Shown here in pieces: positions 27,623-36,309 of a stretch of DNA of 58,539 nt; within the stretch, counting starts at the first letter, position 1; each line of letters begins with the position of its first letter. Origin of the DNA: a virus (lineage: Duplodnaviria > Caudoviricetes); IMG/VR virus record IMGVR_UViG_3300032132_000009, positions 1 to 58,539 of that record. The stretch is one strand, 5' to 3'. Both the position numbers and the translations under genes were made by a program. Below the pieces are notes generated by a model that did no database searches, had not been told where the DNA came from, and saw only the letters and a program-made list of their open reading frames with translations.

Positions 27623-28180
27623 CTATTCCTTGAATTGAACTTTAATATTATCAAACAGCAGGCTTTCAACTGACTCCAATGCGGGTGCTATGAATGGATG
27701 CTCGGTATTTCCATGCTTTCGAATAGCCTTTGCTACAAATGTTGCTATTCTTGTAGGATCTTGCGCTGGAAATTTAAAAGCTGCCCACGCTTCTAATCTC
27801 TGTACTTCATCGGCATTTACAGGCCGAGCTTTAGTTCCTCTTTCCACCCTTTCTGCGTAACCAACTGTAGACAGTAAACTTACAGATCCTTCCCCTGCAG
27901 GTTGCGTAATAAAACTATCATGCAACGCTTGCGTAAATACATGTTTCCCTCGCTTCAAATTTTCCTGAATAGCAGGAATTAAAACAGCCGTGATCGATGA
28001 AGTAATGTATGTCTGTGCCCGCTTTAACGTTCGCTTCTTAACTTGAGGCAAGCCTATCTTGTTCATCGTATTCGGAGAAATATGCCCAAACAAGTAGTCC
28101 CATACAGGTTGATATGTACGATAACCCGTAGACGGCTTGCTCGCGGCTGAAAACTTAACTTCAATGCCAGGTTTAGACAT
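27623..28180 (-). CDS. Neck protein (HK97 gp10-like)
   Basis: TQALHDS, YAERVERGT and HPFIAPALE. ATG at 28180. Confidence 0.7.
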   Translation of the reverse strand: MSKPGIEVKFSAASKPSTGYRTYQPVWDYLFGHISPNTMNKIGLPQVKKRTLKRAQTYITSSITAVLIPAIQENLKRGKHVFTQALHDSFITQPAGEGSVSLLSTVGYAERVERGTKARPVNADEVQRLEAWAAFKFPAQDPTRIATFVAKAIRKHGNTEHPFIAPALESVESLLFDNIKVQFKE

Positions 28181-28550
28181 CTTTGTCTGCCTCTTGCTGA
28201 ACCCAAATAGTCCAGTGATGAAATTTGCCGAATTCATCTTCCTGGGCAGTGACTTTAAAACAACGATAAACTCTGGCCGAATTCAATTTGTTACTGGTTG
28301 TTCCTGAAGTCACTCGACAAAAAACATCTCCATCATTGTCCAATCCAGTTTTAGGCTCAACTAAAAGTTTCCAACAATTTTTACCTGAATACCCTAACTC
28401 TTTCATTTGAGTTTCGGTATCAAGTAAAGTGGCTCGGCATTTTAATCCACCAAGTATAGCGGATTCAGCATTTTCTTCGAAGCCCCCGGCCCCGTCATCG
28501 GTGGTAGTATACCTAAAAAAATCAATCTTGTCAACCAATCCGGCTAACAT
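28173..28550 (-). CDS. Head closure / head-tail joining protein
   Basis: DDGAGG motif and synteny; ATG at 28550 with GGAGGT RBS. Confidence 0.65.
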   Translation of the reverse strand: MLAGLVDKIDFFRYTTTDDGAGGFEENAESAILGGLKCRATLLDTETQMKELGYSGKNCWKLLVEPKTGLDNDGDVFCRVTSGTTSNKLNSARVYRCFKVTAQEDEFGKFHHWTIWVQQEADKDV

Positions 28551-28562
28551 TTTACCTCCAAT

Positions 28563-28578
28563 GTGCAAGCGCTTGCAC
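28563..28578. repeat. Dispersed palindrome copy 13 (intergenic)
   Basis: Perfect 16-mer between a stop and an RBS. Confidence 0.92.
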
Positions 28579-28580
28579 TA

Positions 28581-29267
28581 TCAATGGGGTGCGTACACCT
28601 GTGGAGTAATGAACATGTCCGGACGAAACAGATACGTATGAAGCATCTGATCCACAGTTACAAAACCAGTGGAATCCGCAGGTCCAATATCTTCACTTTG
28701 AGCATATCGAACTCTGTAATCATCCCATCGACGCTCCTCTACTCCAGTTTGTTGTAGTCCCGTTGACCCAGGCAACAAACTCTCAAGCGTCAATAAAATA
28801 GTCGCACGGGTGACTAAGGCAGGTACACTAGCATACCCCCACGCTCCCGTAATTTTCAAATTCCTAATCCCCTTCGGCCATTCCGCACCCCCACCAAACA
28901 TGGCGCGTCTACTTTCAGATCGGTCTGCCCATGTTTTATTGACATACCACATGTCTCTATGGTAATCTGTGGCCGCATTGAATGTGAACAATGTGTTATC
29001 TTGTTCGTCCACTTCAAGGATTGCTGAAATAGAAATATTAGGAATGTTCAGCTTGGGATAGAAAAATAAAGTTCGATCCCCCGCACCATCAAGATAGTAA
29101 GTCGTGTCTGTTTCATGATAAAAAGATGTCCCAGTATACGTGTTAATTATTACTTCTATGAAATCAATTTCTGCCTCAAGCTCCGCTGTGCTAAACGCAC
29201 TGAGGTCCACAGCCGAACCTGCAACTTTGTACGCAAGCAGAGCTGCTTCAGTTGTATACGTGGGCAT
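28581..29267 (-). CDS. Head-tail connector (adaptor) protein
   Basis: INTYTGTSF, LDGAG, WPKGIRNLKITGAWGYASVPALVTRA. Confidence 0.7.
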   Translation of the reverse strand: MPTYTTEAALLAYKVAGSAVDLSAFSTAELEAEIDFIEVIINTYTGTSFYHETDTTYYLDGAGDRTLFFYPKLNIPNISISAILEVDEQDNTLFTFNAATDYHRDMWYVNKTWADRSESRRAMFGGGAEWPKGIRNLKITGAWGYASVPALVTRATILLTLESLLPGSTGLQQTGVEERRWDDYRVRYAQSEDIGPADSTGFVTVDQMLHTYLFRPDMFITPQVYAPH

Positions 29268-29276
29268 GTCAATTCC

Positions 29277-29786
29277 TTATTGATGAGCAGCCGCAGACTG
29301 TACTTCAAACACCACGACCCCACTCATAGTCAATGAATCAGCAGGGGCATTTGCTAACGCCACTGTAAATGTCTCACCTTCCACAACGATAGGTTCAAAC
29401 CCAGTTTTAGGAGTGTACGAAAGTCCAACTTGTACATCTTCCGCACTAACGTAAGTAAGTGCGGAAGTGCCCCCACTTACTTGAGTAGTGTTGTTCACTT
29501 CCCACCCTGTCGGAGCCGTACCCGTGCGATCACGCCCATTCAGAGCTGCAGGCGTAGCAGATGTGCCGCCTGACCCGCTAGATTGCCCGTTCCAATGACG
29601 TTTAATTTTAAACAGCAACTGCTCAGACTCCGAATCACCCGCATCACTGGATTGTGATGCTCGTACCTCATGTATTACATATTGCTTATTCGCAGGCACA
29701 GTTACTTCAAACAAGTCTTGAACAGCAGACACAGCTACATCTTCAAAACTAACAGTGTACAAGCCGCCTCGTCCACCCATGCTCAT
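29277..29786 (-). CDS. Hypothetical beta-rich virion protein
   Basis: 169 aa, S/G/T-rich, within the structural operon. Confidence 0.55.
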   Translation of the reverse strand: MSMGGRGGLYTVSFEDVAVSAVQDLFEVTVPANKQYVIHEVRASQSSDAGDSESEQLLFKIKRHWNGQSSGSGGTSATPAALNGRDRTGTAPTGWEVNNTTQVSGGTSALTYVSAEDVQVGLSYTPKTGFEPIVVEGETFTVALANAPADSLTMSGVVVFEVQSAAAHQ

Positions 29787-29819
29787 AGCATACCCTTTAT
29801 CGAAATGACAGTAAACGTG

Positions 29820-30068
29820 TTACTTAGACTCTTCCTTTTTCAATGTTTCAAGCTCAGTCATTAACCAAGCTAATTTCTCCTCACGAGCTTTTTCAGCATT
29901 TTTATCTAGCCTGGATTGAGCCGCTGCTTTAACCGCTTTAGTCCCGAGACCCCCAATTCCACGCTCACTTAGAATTTGGGATATCCAACTACCCGCCTTG
30001 TCACTGACCAAGTATACGACGAGTCCTTGGATCACACTACCTCCTGTAATAGCTGCAATAAATCCCAT
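29820..30068 (-). CDS. Small membrane-anchored protein
   Basis: Hydrophobic N-terminus and charged helical C-terminus; its start overlaps the upstream stop. Confidence 0.55.
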   Translation of the reverse strand: MGFIAAITGGSVIQGLVVYLVSDKAGSWISQILSERGIGGLGTKAVKAAAQSRLDKNAEKAREEKLAWLMTELETLKKEESK

Positions 30069-31528
30069 TATGCTGCCTCCTGTAAATCAACTTTGCCATC
30101 TTCTTTGCGACGACGATAGTACGCCCGAAATGCCCCTATCAATCCTAGCAAAGCAATAGGGTCAAACGACTTAATATCATGTACTGTGTCTTTCACAAGA
30201 TCAACTGTTGTTGGAATGTCTTTTTTGAGTGCGAGTGCCCCTTGAACTTTTAAAAATGGATTAGACGATTTAGCTTTTTCAATGTCTTCCCGTAAATCTG
30301 TAGCTTGAGCACTCAGCCGAGAACCCAGTTCTAGCTTTGCCTCCTTAGCCGTGCTAACTGCTTCGGCTGCCTCAGACTTAACTGTACCAATATCTGCCCG
30401 CAAAGTACGAATAGCTTGAATTTTTTCAAGAAATGATCCGTCCTTTATCGCTGCAATATCTGATTTTAATGTGTCCACAGCTACTCGTAACTCAGTGTCT
30501 TCGCCCGTAGCTGGTTCAGATTGAGGCGTAGCTGCGGCATCGTCATTTTCGGGTTTAGGCGGCAAATCAATAGGAAAAGGTGGAGATTGTTTTTGCCCCA
30601 CCACTACTGCTGCAACCCCATCTAAAATTTGTCCAATGAATCCAATTACGCCTCCTCGTCGAGACGGCAGGTATCCCGTAGTGTATTTGGACGTACCTCG
30701 TATCCAAATAACAGGGTACGCCAGTCGTGGCCCATTTTTATCTCGCATCTTCAAAAATTCAGAGTACGTATCTTGATCTGACCACACACCCGCTTTATTT
30801 TCAACGACAGTCATATTGAATTGTTTAAAATGCCCCGCACGAATATCGGCTTTAAGGTAATCGCAGTACGGGCAATTTTCAGAGCTAAACACAACCACTT
30901 CTCGTTTGGCTACTTTCTTAAACTCTGCTTTTTTCTCACCTTCTTCATAACCTTCTTCTGGGGGAGGTGGCGGTGGCATCCTAGCAGCTTTGATAGCCCG
31001 TGTCAATATTGTCTGACCCACAACTAAAGTACCACTTTCTGGACTAGACGCAATCACCACACCTATAACTTGTCCTTGATCGTTAACGAGCGGGCCTCCA
31101 CTGTCTCCACCCGTAGCGACAAACGACGCAATATTAAAATGCTTACCATCCCCACCTCGTAGTTTACCTTGCTTCCACGCGAACTTCCCTTTAGGATACG
31201 CAGGAAGTCGTACAGTCGTCCCCAGATACGGTGGTTCTTTTGCTACTTCAAGTGAAACATGTCGCCCCTTCAACTTAAAAATAGCAATACCATCAGTGAG
31301 AATACTATTCTTATCCGTATCCAGCGGGTTCATTTGGACTGTATACACTAACTCAGCCTGCACTCCATTCAATTTTTGCGTTGTGTCCTCATTTCGAATA
31401 ACATGTAATGCGGTAACAAGCAAATCCTTTTCAACTACGAACGCTGTGCCACCCAAAAATTTAAACACCCCAGGATGTCCGGCCTGAGCTGACACACATA
31501 GACATAAAAATACCATCAATGTTTTCAT
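30068..31528 (-). CDS. Secreted trypsin-like serine protease fused to a thioredoxin/glutaredoxin-like domain, coiled coil and C-terminal anchor
   Basis: Signal peptide MKTLMVFLCLCVSAQA; triad motifs VTALH, DGIAI and GGDSGGP; VVVFSSENCPYC; hydrophobic C-terminus followed by RRRK. Confidence 0.85.
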   Translation of the reverse strand: MKTLMVFLCLCVSAQAGHPGVFKFLGGTAFVVEKDLLVTALHVIRNEDTTQKLNGVQAELVYTVQMNPLDTDKNSILTDGIAIFKLKGRHVSLEVAKEPPYLGTTVRLPAYPKGKFAWKQGKLRGGDGKHFNIASFVATGGDSGGPLVNDQGQVIGVVIASSPESGTLVVGQTILTRAIKAARMPPPPPPEEGYEEGEKKAEFKKVAKREVVVFSSENCPYCDYLKADIRAGHFKQFNMTVVENKAGVWSDQDTYSEFLKMRDKNGPRLAYPVIWIRGTSKYTTGYLPSRRGGVIGFIGQILDGVAAVVVGQKQSPPFPIDLPPKPENDDAAATPQSEPATGEDTELRVAVDTLKSDIAAIKDGSFLEKIQAIRTLRADIGTVKSEAAEAVSTAKEAKLELGSRLSAQATDLREDIEKAKSSNPFLKVQGALALKKDIPTTVDLVKDTVHDIKSFDPIALLGLIGAFRAYYRRRKEDGKVDLQEAA

Positions 31529-31540
31529 TTGTTTACTCCT

Positions 31541-32284
31541 TCATTCCAAACTGGCAAGATACTGTGTCATTGCATGATCACGCACCAAGCTAACCTTCGC
31601 ACCCGTAACAACATTTCTCCAAAATGTGACTAATCTAGTGTACCAACTAGGTCTAATCCAGACTAAGCCCCGATGATCTATGAACACGGGGGTTCCTACG
31701 TGTTTGAATCGAACAAAAGTAGGGACACGCGCCACCACATCAGATCGATTAAACACACGAAAATATTTACCTGCTAACTTTAGCTCAAACTGCCTTGCGA
31801 ATGTCCGATCTCCAACCCGAGGACTCCCAAAAGTCGTAACAAGTTTACAGTTTAGACTGTCTGCTGCCAAAGTAGCTAACGCCCCACCAAGTGAATGTCC
31901 AGTAATAAACAAGTTATCTACAGAACTCAACCCAGACAGTAGTTCTTCAATTCGAGGACGTACAGATTCAAATGCTTTAGCGAACCCAGAATGTACCAAA
32001 GATGTACCCGAATGCCACACCACTTTACGCATGTCCAAATCAGACAGAACGTCATTCAAATGCGTAGGCTCAGTTCCTCGGAATGCCAGTACAGCATGAT
32101 TTCCATAATCTTTCAAATAACATTGAGTATCCGTGTCTTTGTCCTCAATCAACGTCCCGATACCGCCATTGTAAGCGGCATTGGCATGTATAGCCAACGA
32201 GTGTGCGACTTGCCTACTCCAACCATTTTTATAGCTTGATAACGCGATCATAGGAACCCTTTTCACTTGACTATTCGCCATCAC
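31541..32284 (-). CDS. Class 3 lipase
   Basis: LAFRGTE, VHSGF, ITGHSLGGALA, TFGSPRVG, DVVARVP and DHAM..Y. Confidence 0.92.
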   Translation of the reverse strand: MMANSQVKRVPMIALSSYKNGWSRQVAHSLAIHANAAYNGGIGTLIEDKDTDTQCYLKDYGNHAVLAFRGTEPTHLNDVLSDLDMRKVVWHSGTSLVHSGFAKAFESVRPRIEELLSGLSSVDNLFITGHSLGGALATLAADSLNCKLVTTFGSPRVGDRTFARQFELKLAGKYFRVFNRSDVVARVPTFVRFKHVGTPVFIDHRGLVWIRPSWYTRLVTFWRNVVTGAKVSLVRDHAMTQYLASLE

Positions 32285-32720
32285 GGTTTCCCGCCTGTTG
32301 CTGCTTATTCATGAGTTCCATCAGACGCTGTAGCTGTACGTCTTGACTCTGATCATGTTGTTTTTCGCTCCGACCCGTGAATGTTTCAATCGCCGTGTTG
32401 CTGGCAACACTACCGCCCAACAATATCGTGATCAGAAAGCCGATCATCTTCGGATTGGCATACTTCGCTGCCGATTTCAAGTCGTCAAGCTCTGCTACCT
32501 GCTGCTCACCCTGCGTCAAGCGTGACTCTAAAATGTCGATGCGCGTTTCCTGTTTGGTAAGTCGTTCCCGAAGTTTGTCCGGGTCCGCTGCAACAGCATC
32601 CTTCTCCAACTCACGCACGAATGTTTCCAATTTAGCAACTTTCATAGAAAGCTGCATGATTGCGTTAGTTTTCCCACCACTATTCCAGTCCAAAGTTCCA
32701 CCGTGATCACTACTTGGCAT
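32271..32720 (-). CDS. Coiled-coil membrane protein
   Basis: Heptad-rich N-terminus plus TM segment MIGFLITILLGGSVA. Confidence 0.6.
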   Translation of the reverse strand: MPSSDHGGTLDWNSGGKTNAIMQLSMKVAKLETFVRELEKDAVAADPDKLRERLTKQETRIDILESRLTQGEQQVAELDDLKSAAKYANPKMIGFLITILLGGSVASNTAIETFTGRSEKQHDQSQDVQLQRLMELMNKQQQAGNRDGE

Positions 32721-32757
32721 CCTGCCCCCTACCGTAATTAACTGTAGACGTAAACAT

Positions 32758-32773
32758 GTGCAAGCGCTTGCAC
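32758..32773. repeat. Dispersed palindrome copy 14 (abuts TAA stop)
   Basis: Perfect 16-mer. Confidence 0.92.
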
Positions 32774-32977
32774 TTACCTTCGTTGCTTTTGTTTTTTAAG
32801 CATTTGTAGCCGCCGTCGTAATTTACTGCGTGAACCGCTTCCAGGAGTAATGTTCTCCCCCGTTGAATTAGCAGCAACCATAGTCATCGCTGGAACATTA
32901 GGCGTTACCGTTATTTCGGTCTCGCCCTCCGACTCCGCCCCATATGGGACTTCACCATACGCTACTTGCCCATACAT
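32774..32977 (-). CDS. Small hypothetical protein
   Basis: AGGTGA RBS; YG repeats at the N-terminus and a basic tail. Confidence 0.5.
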   Translation of the reverse strand: MYGQVAYGEVPYGAESEGETEITVTPNVPAMTMVAANSTGENITPGSGSRSKLRRRLQMLKKQKQRR

Positions 32978-32987
32978 AAATCACCTA

Positions 32988-33518
32988 TTAAAACGTGCCA
33001 TTGATGTCTTCCCAGTCCGCGCCAGTCCATCGCCGAAACTGCGGTGTACCCGACGATGAGTTGTCACCATTATCTAAGTAAATGTCGTTCGTAGCCGGAC
33101 TTGAAGGTGGCGTACCTAGCATGTCCAAGTTAAGCGGCGAAGTAGTTGCAGGATTAGTGGGGGCTAAATAAAGTGTGTCGCCAATTGTCTTATTAGTAAG
33201 AGTTTGTGCTAGTGTCAATAGCACTGCCTCAATAGCAGGATACACTAAAAATATGTCTTTCGAACCTGCACCCCAATTTACAGCGGAACCCCCATTGCTA
33301 CTTGCTGACGTAACTCTAGTCACCGTCGTGCCACTTAAAGTGTATGTACCACTATTGATTTCCCAATTAGTACCATCAGTAACACAGTAATAACAATGTT
33401 GTCCATCCCCTACCACCGAGAACGCTTGAAAGCCAGTTTGAGCGCCCCCGAGTGTGTAAGGACCCGTGCCTTCAGTAGTAGTAGTTTCTTTTACTCTATC
33501 TTTTTGCACGTATGCCAC
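32988..33518 (-). CDS. Short fibre/appendage protein (paralogue of 33946..35403)
   Basis: N-terminal 95 aa or so (KDRVKETTTTEGTGPYTLGGAQTGFQAFSVVG...) are closely similar to 33946..35403. Confidence 0.7.
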   Translation of the reverse strand: MAYVQKDRVKETTTTEGTGPYTLGGAQTGFQAFSVVGDGQHCYYCVTDGTNWEINSGTYTLSGTTVTRVTSASSNGGSAVNWGAGSKDIFLVYPAIEAVLLTLAQTLTNKTIGDTLYLAPTNPATTSPLNLDMLGTPPSSPATNDIYLDNGDNSSSGTPQFRRWTGADWEDINGTF

Positions 33519-33545
33519 AATGTCACCTCGATTAAACTCAAAATA

Positions 33546-33944
33546 TTACACATCTACCGCGCCATCAAATTCAAGAGCATACTGCTTCAACAAGTTATAA
33601 ATAACTGTCTTAGCTTCATCCATCGCAGCAGATACAGCGGGGTCCGCTGTAAGCTCAGAAAAACTAGGTACAGTTTGTGCTGAACTAATAACTTCACCCG
33701 TAACTGGGTCGACTACCGCTTTTTTTACATTTTCTTCAGCTTCAATTCTTTTTTCAAGTATTCGAATTGGTCGTTTACTGGCAAGACGCGCTTCTTCGTT
33801 TGCCCATAGCCCAATTGTTATTATAAAAGTTTCGTCCAATTCATCGTAAGTAAACGCTACAACTTTAGCATAAGTTTGTAAAGTTTGAGGAGTCACGTCG
33901 AAATACGGGTCAACGTAACCATCTTGTGACTTAGACAGCGCCAT
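33546..33944 (-). CDS. Putative fibre-assembly / accessory protein
   Basis: Lies between the two fibre paralogues; C-terminal IYNLLK...EFDGAVDV. Confidence 0.45.
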   Translation of the reverse strand: MALSKSQDGYVDPYFDVTPQTLQTYAKVVAFTYDELDETFIITIGLWANEEARLASKRPIRILEKRIEAEENVKKAVVDPVTGEVISSAQTVPSFSELTADPAVSAAMDEAKTVIYNLLKQYALEFDGAVDV

Positions 33945-33945
33945 A

Positions 33946-35403
33946 TCAATCTCCGAGTTGAGCTGGTTTAGATTTCCGTGTACGTAAGTTAGGAATAGAC
34001 GTGACTTCCGACAATGTAGGCTCGCCCGACATCAGAGGATTTTTCAACCACTCTCTATAGCGACTAGCGTTGTCTACATGTCTCGCTAACACTTTATTCC
34101 TAACTTCTTCCGAATGAGCTTGCGCTCTATCTTCCTTATCTTCCCACGAATCTACCGGCGTGGACTGCATTTCTTCAACTAACTCAACCTCTTCCCCAAA
34201 TACCTGTTTATACAATTTTTCCAACACTAACATGGCTAAACCCATGTCACACGTAGTCCTTATGCCCGTGAACATGTTGTCTGTCGCGGCTGCCCACGTT
34301 TGCAGCAAAGGCACAACTCCCAAGTCTACAGCTTTGTCTGTATGGGACAACATGATCTCTGCCGGGTGGGGAGTCAACTGGGTATACATACCCATCTCGT
34401 CCACAGCAAACAACTCAGCGGACCCGAAGTCTTCTTTAGCATAGATAGCACATGAACTACCAGACGGTGTTACATCTACTGCCGATTCTCCAAACACAAC
34501 ACCTAAGTCTCCCGTGGACGGAGAAGTGAGTCCAGTACCCACACCAATGAATCCGTCTACCACGGCTTTTTGGGCTGGATCAGTGTCGCCTACACCCAAA
34601 GCCCCTCCCAAGTAAACTCGGGCAGTACCACTGTAATCACTCTGATAAATACCCCATGCGTCAGTGACCCAGCTTTGCTCTTGCCGATTGATCAGCAAAC
34701 CATAGTTGTTTGTAATTGTACCTGTAGACGTTCTACTGATTGCGGCAATATTAATACCAGAAGTATTAGACATGACTCCTGTGCCACGATGACGCACGCC
34801 TCCGTAAACACCGTCAACCGCACCTGTCACGTTAGTAGTAACGCCAGACGTGGTTCCAGCTTGAAAATGAATACCTCGCAATGTCGCTGCAGTTTGAGAG
34901 CTATGATCAAACCGCGCTGTAAAACTCAAGGCCGCATACGTATTCGATGCCGTGTCCGTGACATCGTAAACTAAACCTAAACCTTGACCCGTAACAAGTA
35001 CAGACTCTACGTCACCCACCGCAAGTATTGAACTACTTGGCGTACCTACGCCTCCGATACCTGCGGTAGCCGTAGCGATCAAATCACTCCGAGTAAATGG
35101 ATCACCTGCTTGCGATGCGGGAAGCACCAAAAATACATCTTTACTGCCCGCACCCCAATCTACAGCAGCCCCACCATTTGAACTATCATGAATTGAATCT
35201 CGACTTAAAGTTGTACCACTCGTAGTATACGTACCTCGTACAATTTCCCAATCTGTACCGTCTGTTACACCGTAATCGCACGTATTAGTGTTACCCACGA
35301 CGCTAAACGCTTGAAATCCCGTCTCCGCGCCTGCAAGTGTGTACGTACCCGTACCTGTTGTGGTCGTGGTTTCTTTAACTCTATCTTTTGTAATGTAAGC
35401 CAC
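33946..35403 (-). CDS. Long fibre/appendage protein
   Basis: Shared N-terminal domain KDRVKETTTTTGTGTYTL, G/T-rich beta-repeat body and LGVGDTDP motif. Confidence 0.7.
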   Translation of the reverse strand: MAYITKDRVKETTTTTGTGTYTLAGAETGFQAFSVVGNTNTCDYGVTDGTDWEIVRGTYTTSGTTLSRDSIHDSSNGGAAVDWGAGSKDVFLVLPASQAGDPFTRSDLIATATAGIGGVGTPSSSILAVGDVESVLVTGQGLGLVYDVTDTASNTYAALSFTARFDHSSQTAATLRGIHFQAGTTSGVTTNVTGAVDGVYGGVRHRGTGVMSNTSGINIAAISRTSTGTITNNYGLLINRQEQSWVTDAWGIYQSDYSGTARVYLGGALGVGDTDPAQKAVVDGFIGVGTGLTSPSTGDLGVVFGESAVDVTPSGSSCAIYAKEDFGSAELFAVDEMGMYTQLTPHPAEIMLSHTDKAVDLGVVPLLQTWAAATDNMFTGIRTTCDMGLAMLVLEKLYKQVFGEEVELVEEMQSTPVDSWEDKEDRAQAHSEEVRNKVLARHVDNASRYREWLKNPLMSGEPTLSEVTSIPNLRTRKSKPAQLGD

Positions 35404-35417
35404 GTTATGTCACCTCA

Positions 35418-35876
35418 TCAAGATATTGTAATGATACCACCCGCAGGCCAACTATTTTTAAAGTTAGAACCGTTTGGAGCAGTAGCTACAGAGTACGGAC
35501 ACCATGCCAAAGGTATGTGATCCGAGTCAGTCGTCACAAACTTAAACAGCAACGCCCCTTCGACAGAATGAGTACCCGCAGACAAAGATACCCAAGTTAC
35601 GTCACTAGCATGGAACGTCACTTCATCGTCCGCTGTACTTGCCGCGAGGGACTTGGACGACAACACTTTTCTGGAATAACCTGAACCATCAAACTCCACT
35701 CCTGCCACACCCGCTCCGCTATTCATGTCAGAGAGCGTATTCGGATCTTCAGCAGTGTCCCCAGGATCATATGCACCATTACTGGCAACGAGTAGGACGC
35801 GAATATCGTCATTTCGCAAATCAATTTCTTTTTTAGCCAAATCATGCATTGCTACAAGATATACACGATGTGCCAT
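35418..35876 (-). CDS. Virion structural protein (fibre/decoration-associated)
   Basis: IDLRNDDIRVLLV...GSGYSRKVL...FHASDVTW pattern common in phage structural modules. Confidence 0.55.
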   Translation of the reverse strand: MAHRVYLVAMHDLAKKEIDLRNDDIRVLLVASNGAYDPGDTAEDPNTLSDMNSGAGVAGVEFDGSGYSRKVLSSKSLAASTADDEVTFHASDVTWVSLSAGTHSVEGALLFKFVTTDSDHIPLAWCPYSVATAPNGSNFKNSWPAGGIITIS

Positions 35877-35900
35877 TTATACGCTCCTAACTTATCGCAA

Positions 35901-36260
35901 TTAATTCGAAGCCTTTGCACTATTCGTAAGCTGTTGCAAAGACTGTTCAATTTTATCCAGCCGCGTGTCTGCGGATACCCTATCCGATGTAACCGCTACT
36001 GTTATGAGTGGCGAAAAGATAGCCAAAATCAAACCCGCAACTATACCAAGAAACCACTTTCGATTGGCATCACGATCACTTGCCTGCTGCTCCATCAACT
36101 TTTCCATATCCTCAATCCTTACTAGGATGCCTCGGGTTCGACCCTTGCCGGATAAGTGTGATTCGTGTTCCTGTACTACTTCTAAGGCGTGTAAAAGTTT
36201 CTGATTTACGTCCTTACACTTAGACTCAAGTTTACCAATACGTTCAAAGTCAAATTCCAC
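35901..36260 (-). CDS. Coiled-coil plus single-TM membrane protein (holin/XhlA-like)
   Basis: TM segment WFLGIVAGLILAIFSPLITVAV. GTG at 36260 is likelier than the ORF-track start at 36353. Confidence 0.5.
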   Translation of the reverse strand: MEFDFERIGKLESKCKDVNQKLLHALEVVQEHESHLSGKGRTRGILVRIEDMEKLMEQQASDRDANRKWFLGIVAGLILAIFSPLITVAVTSDRVSADTRLDKIEQSLQQLTNSAKASN

Positions 36261-36309
36261 GATTAGCAACCTTTTCCAAACCGTGCCCTCACGAAAGGGT
36301 AATTTAAAC

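Noticed and set aside
27920-27934. Degenerate look-alike ATGCAACGCTTGCGT (also GTGCAACGCTTTT near 38756)
   Set aside because: Needs an indel plus mismatches and is compatible with chance coding sequence; not counted.
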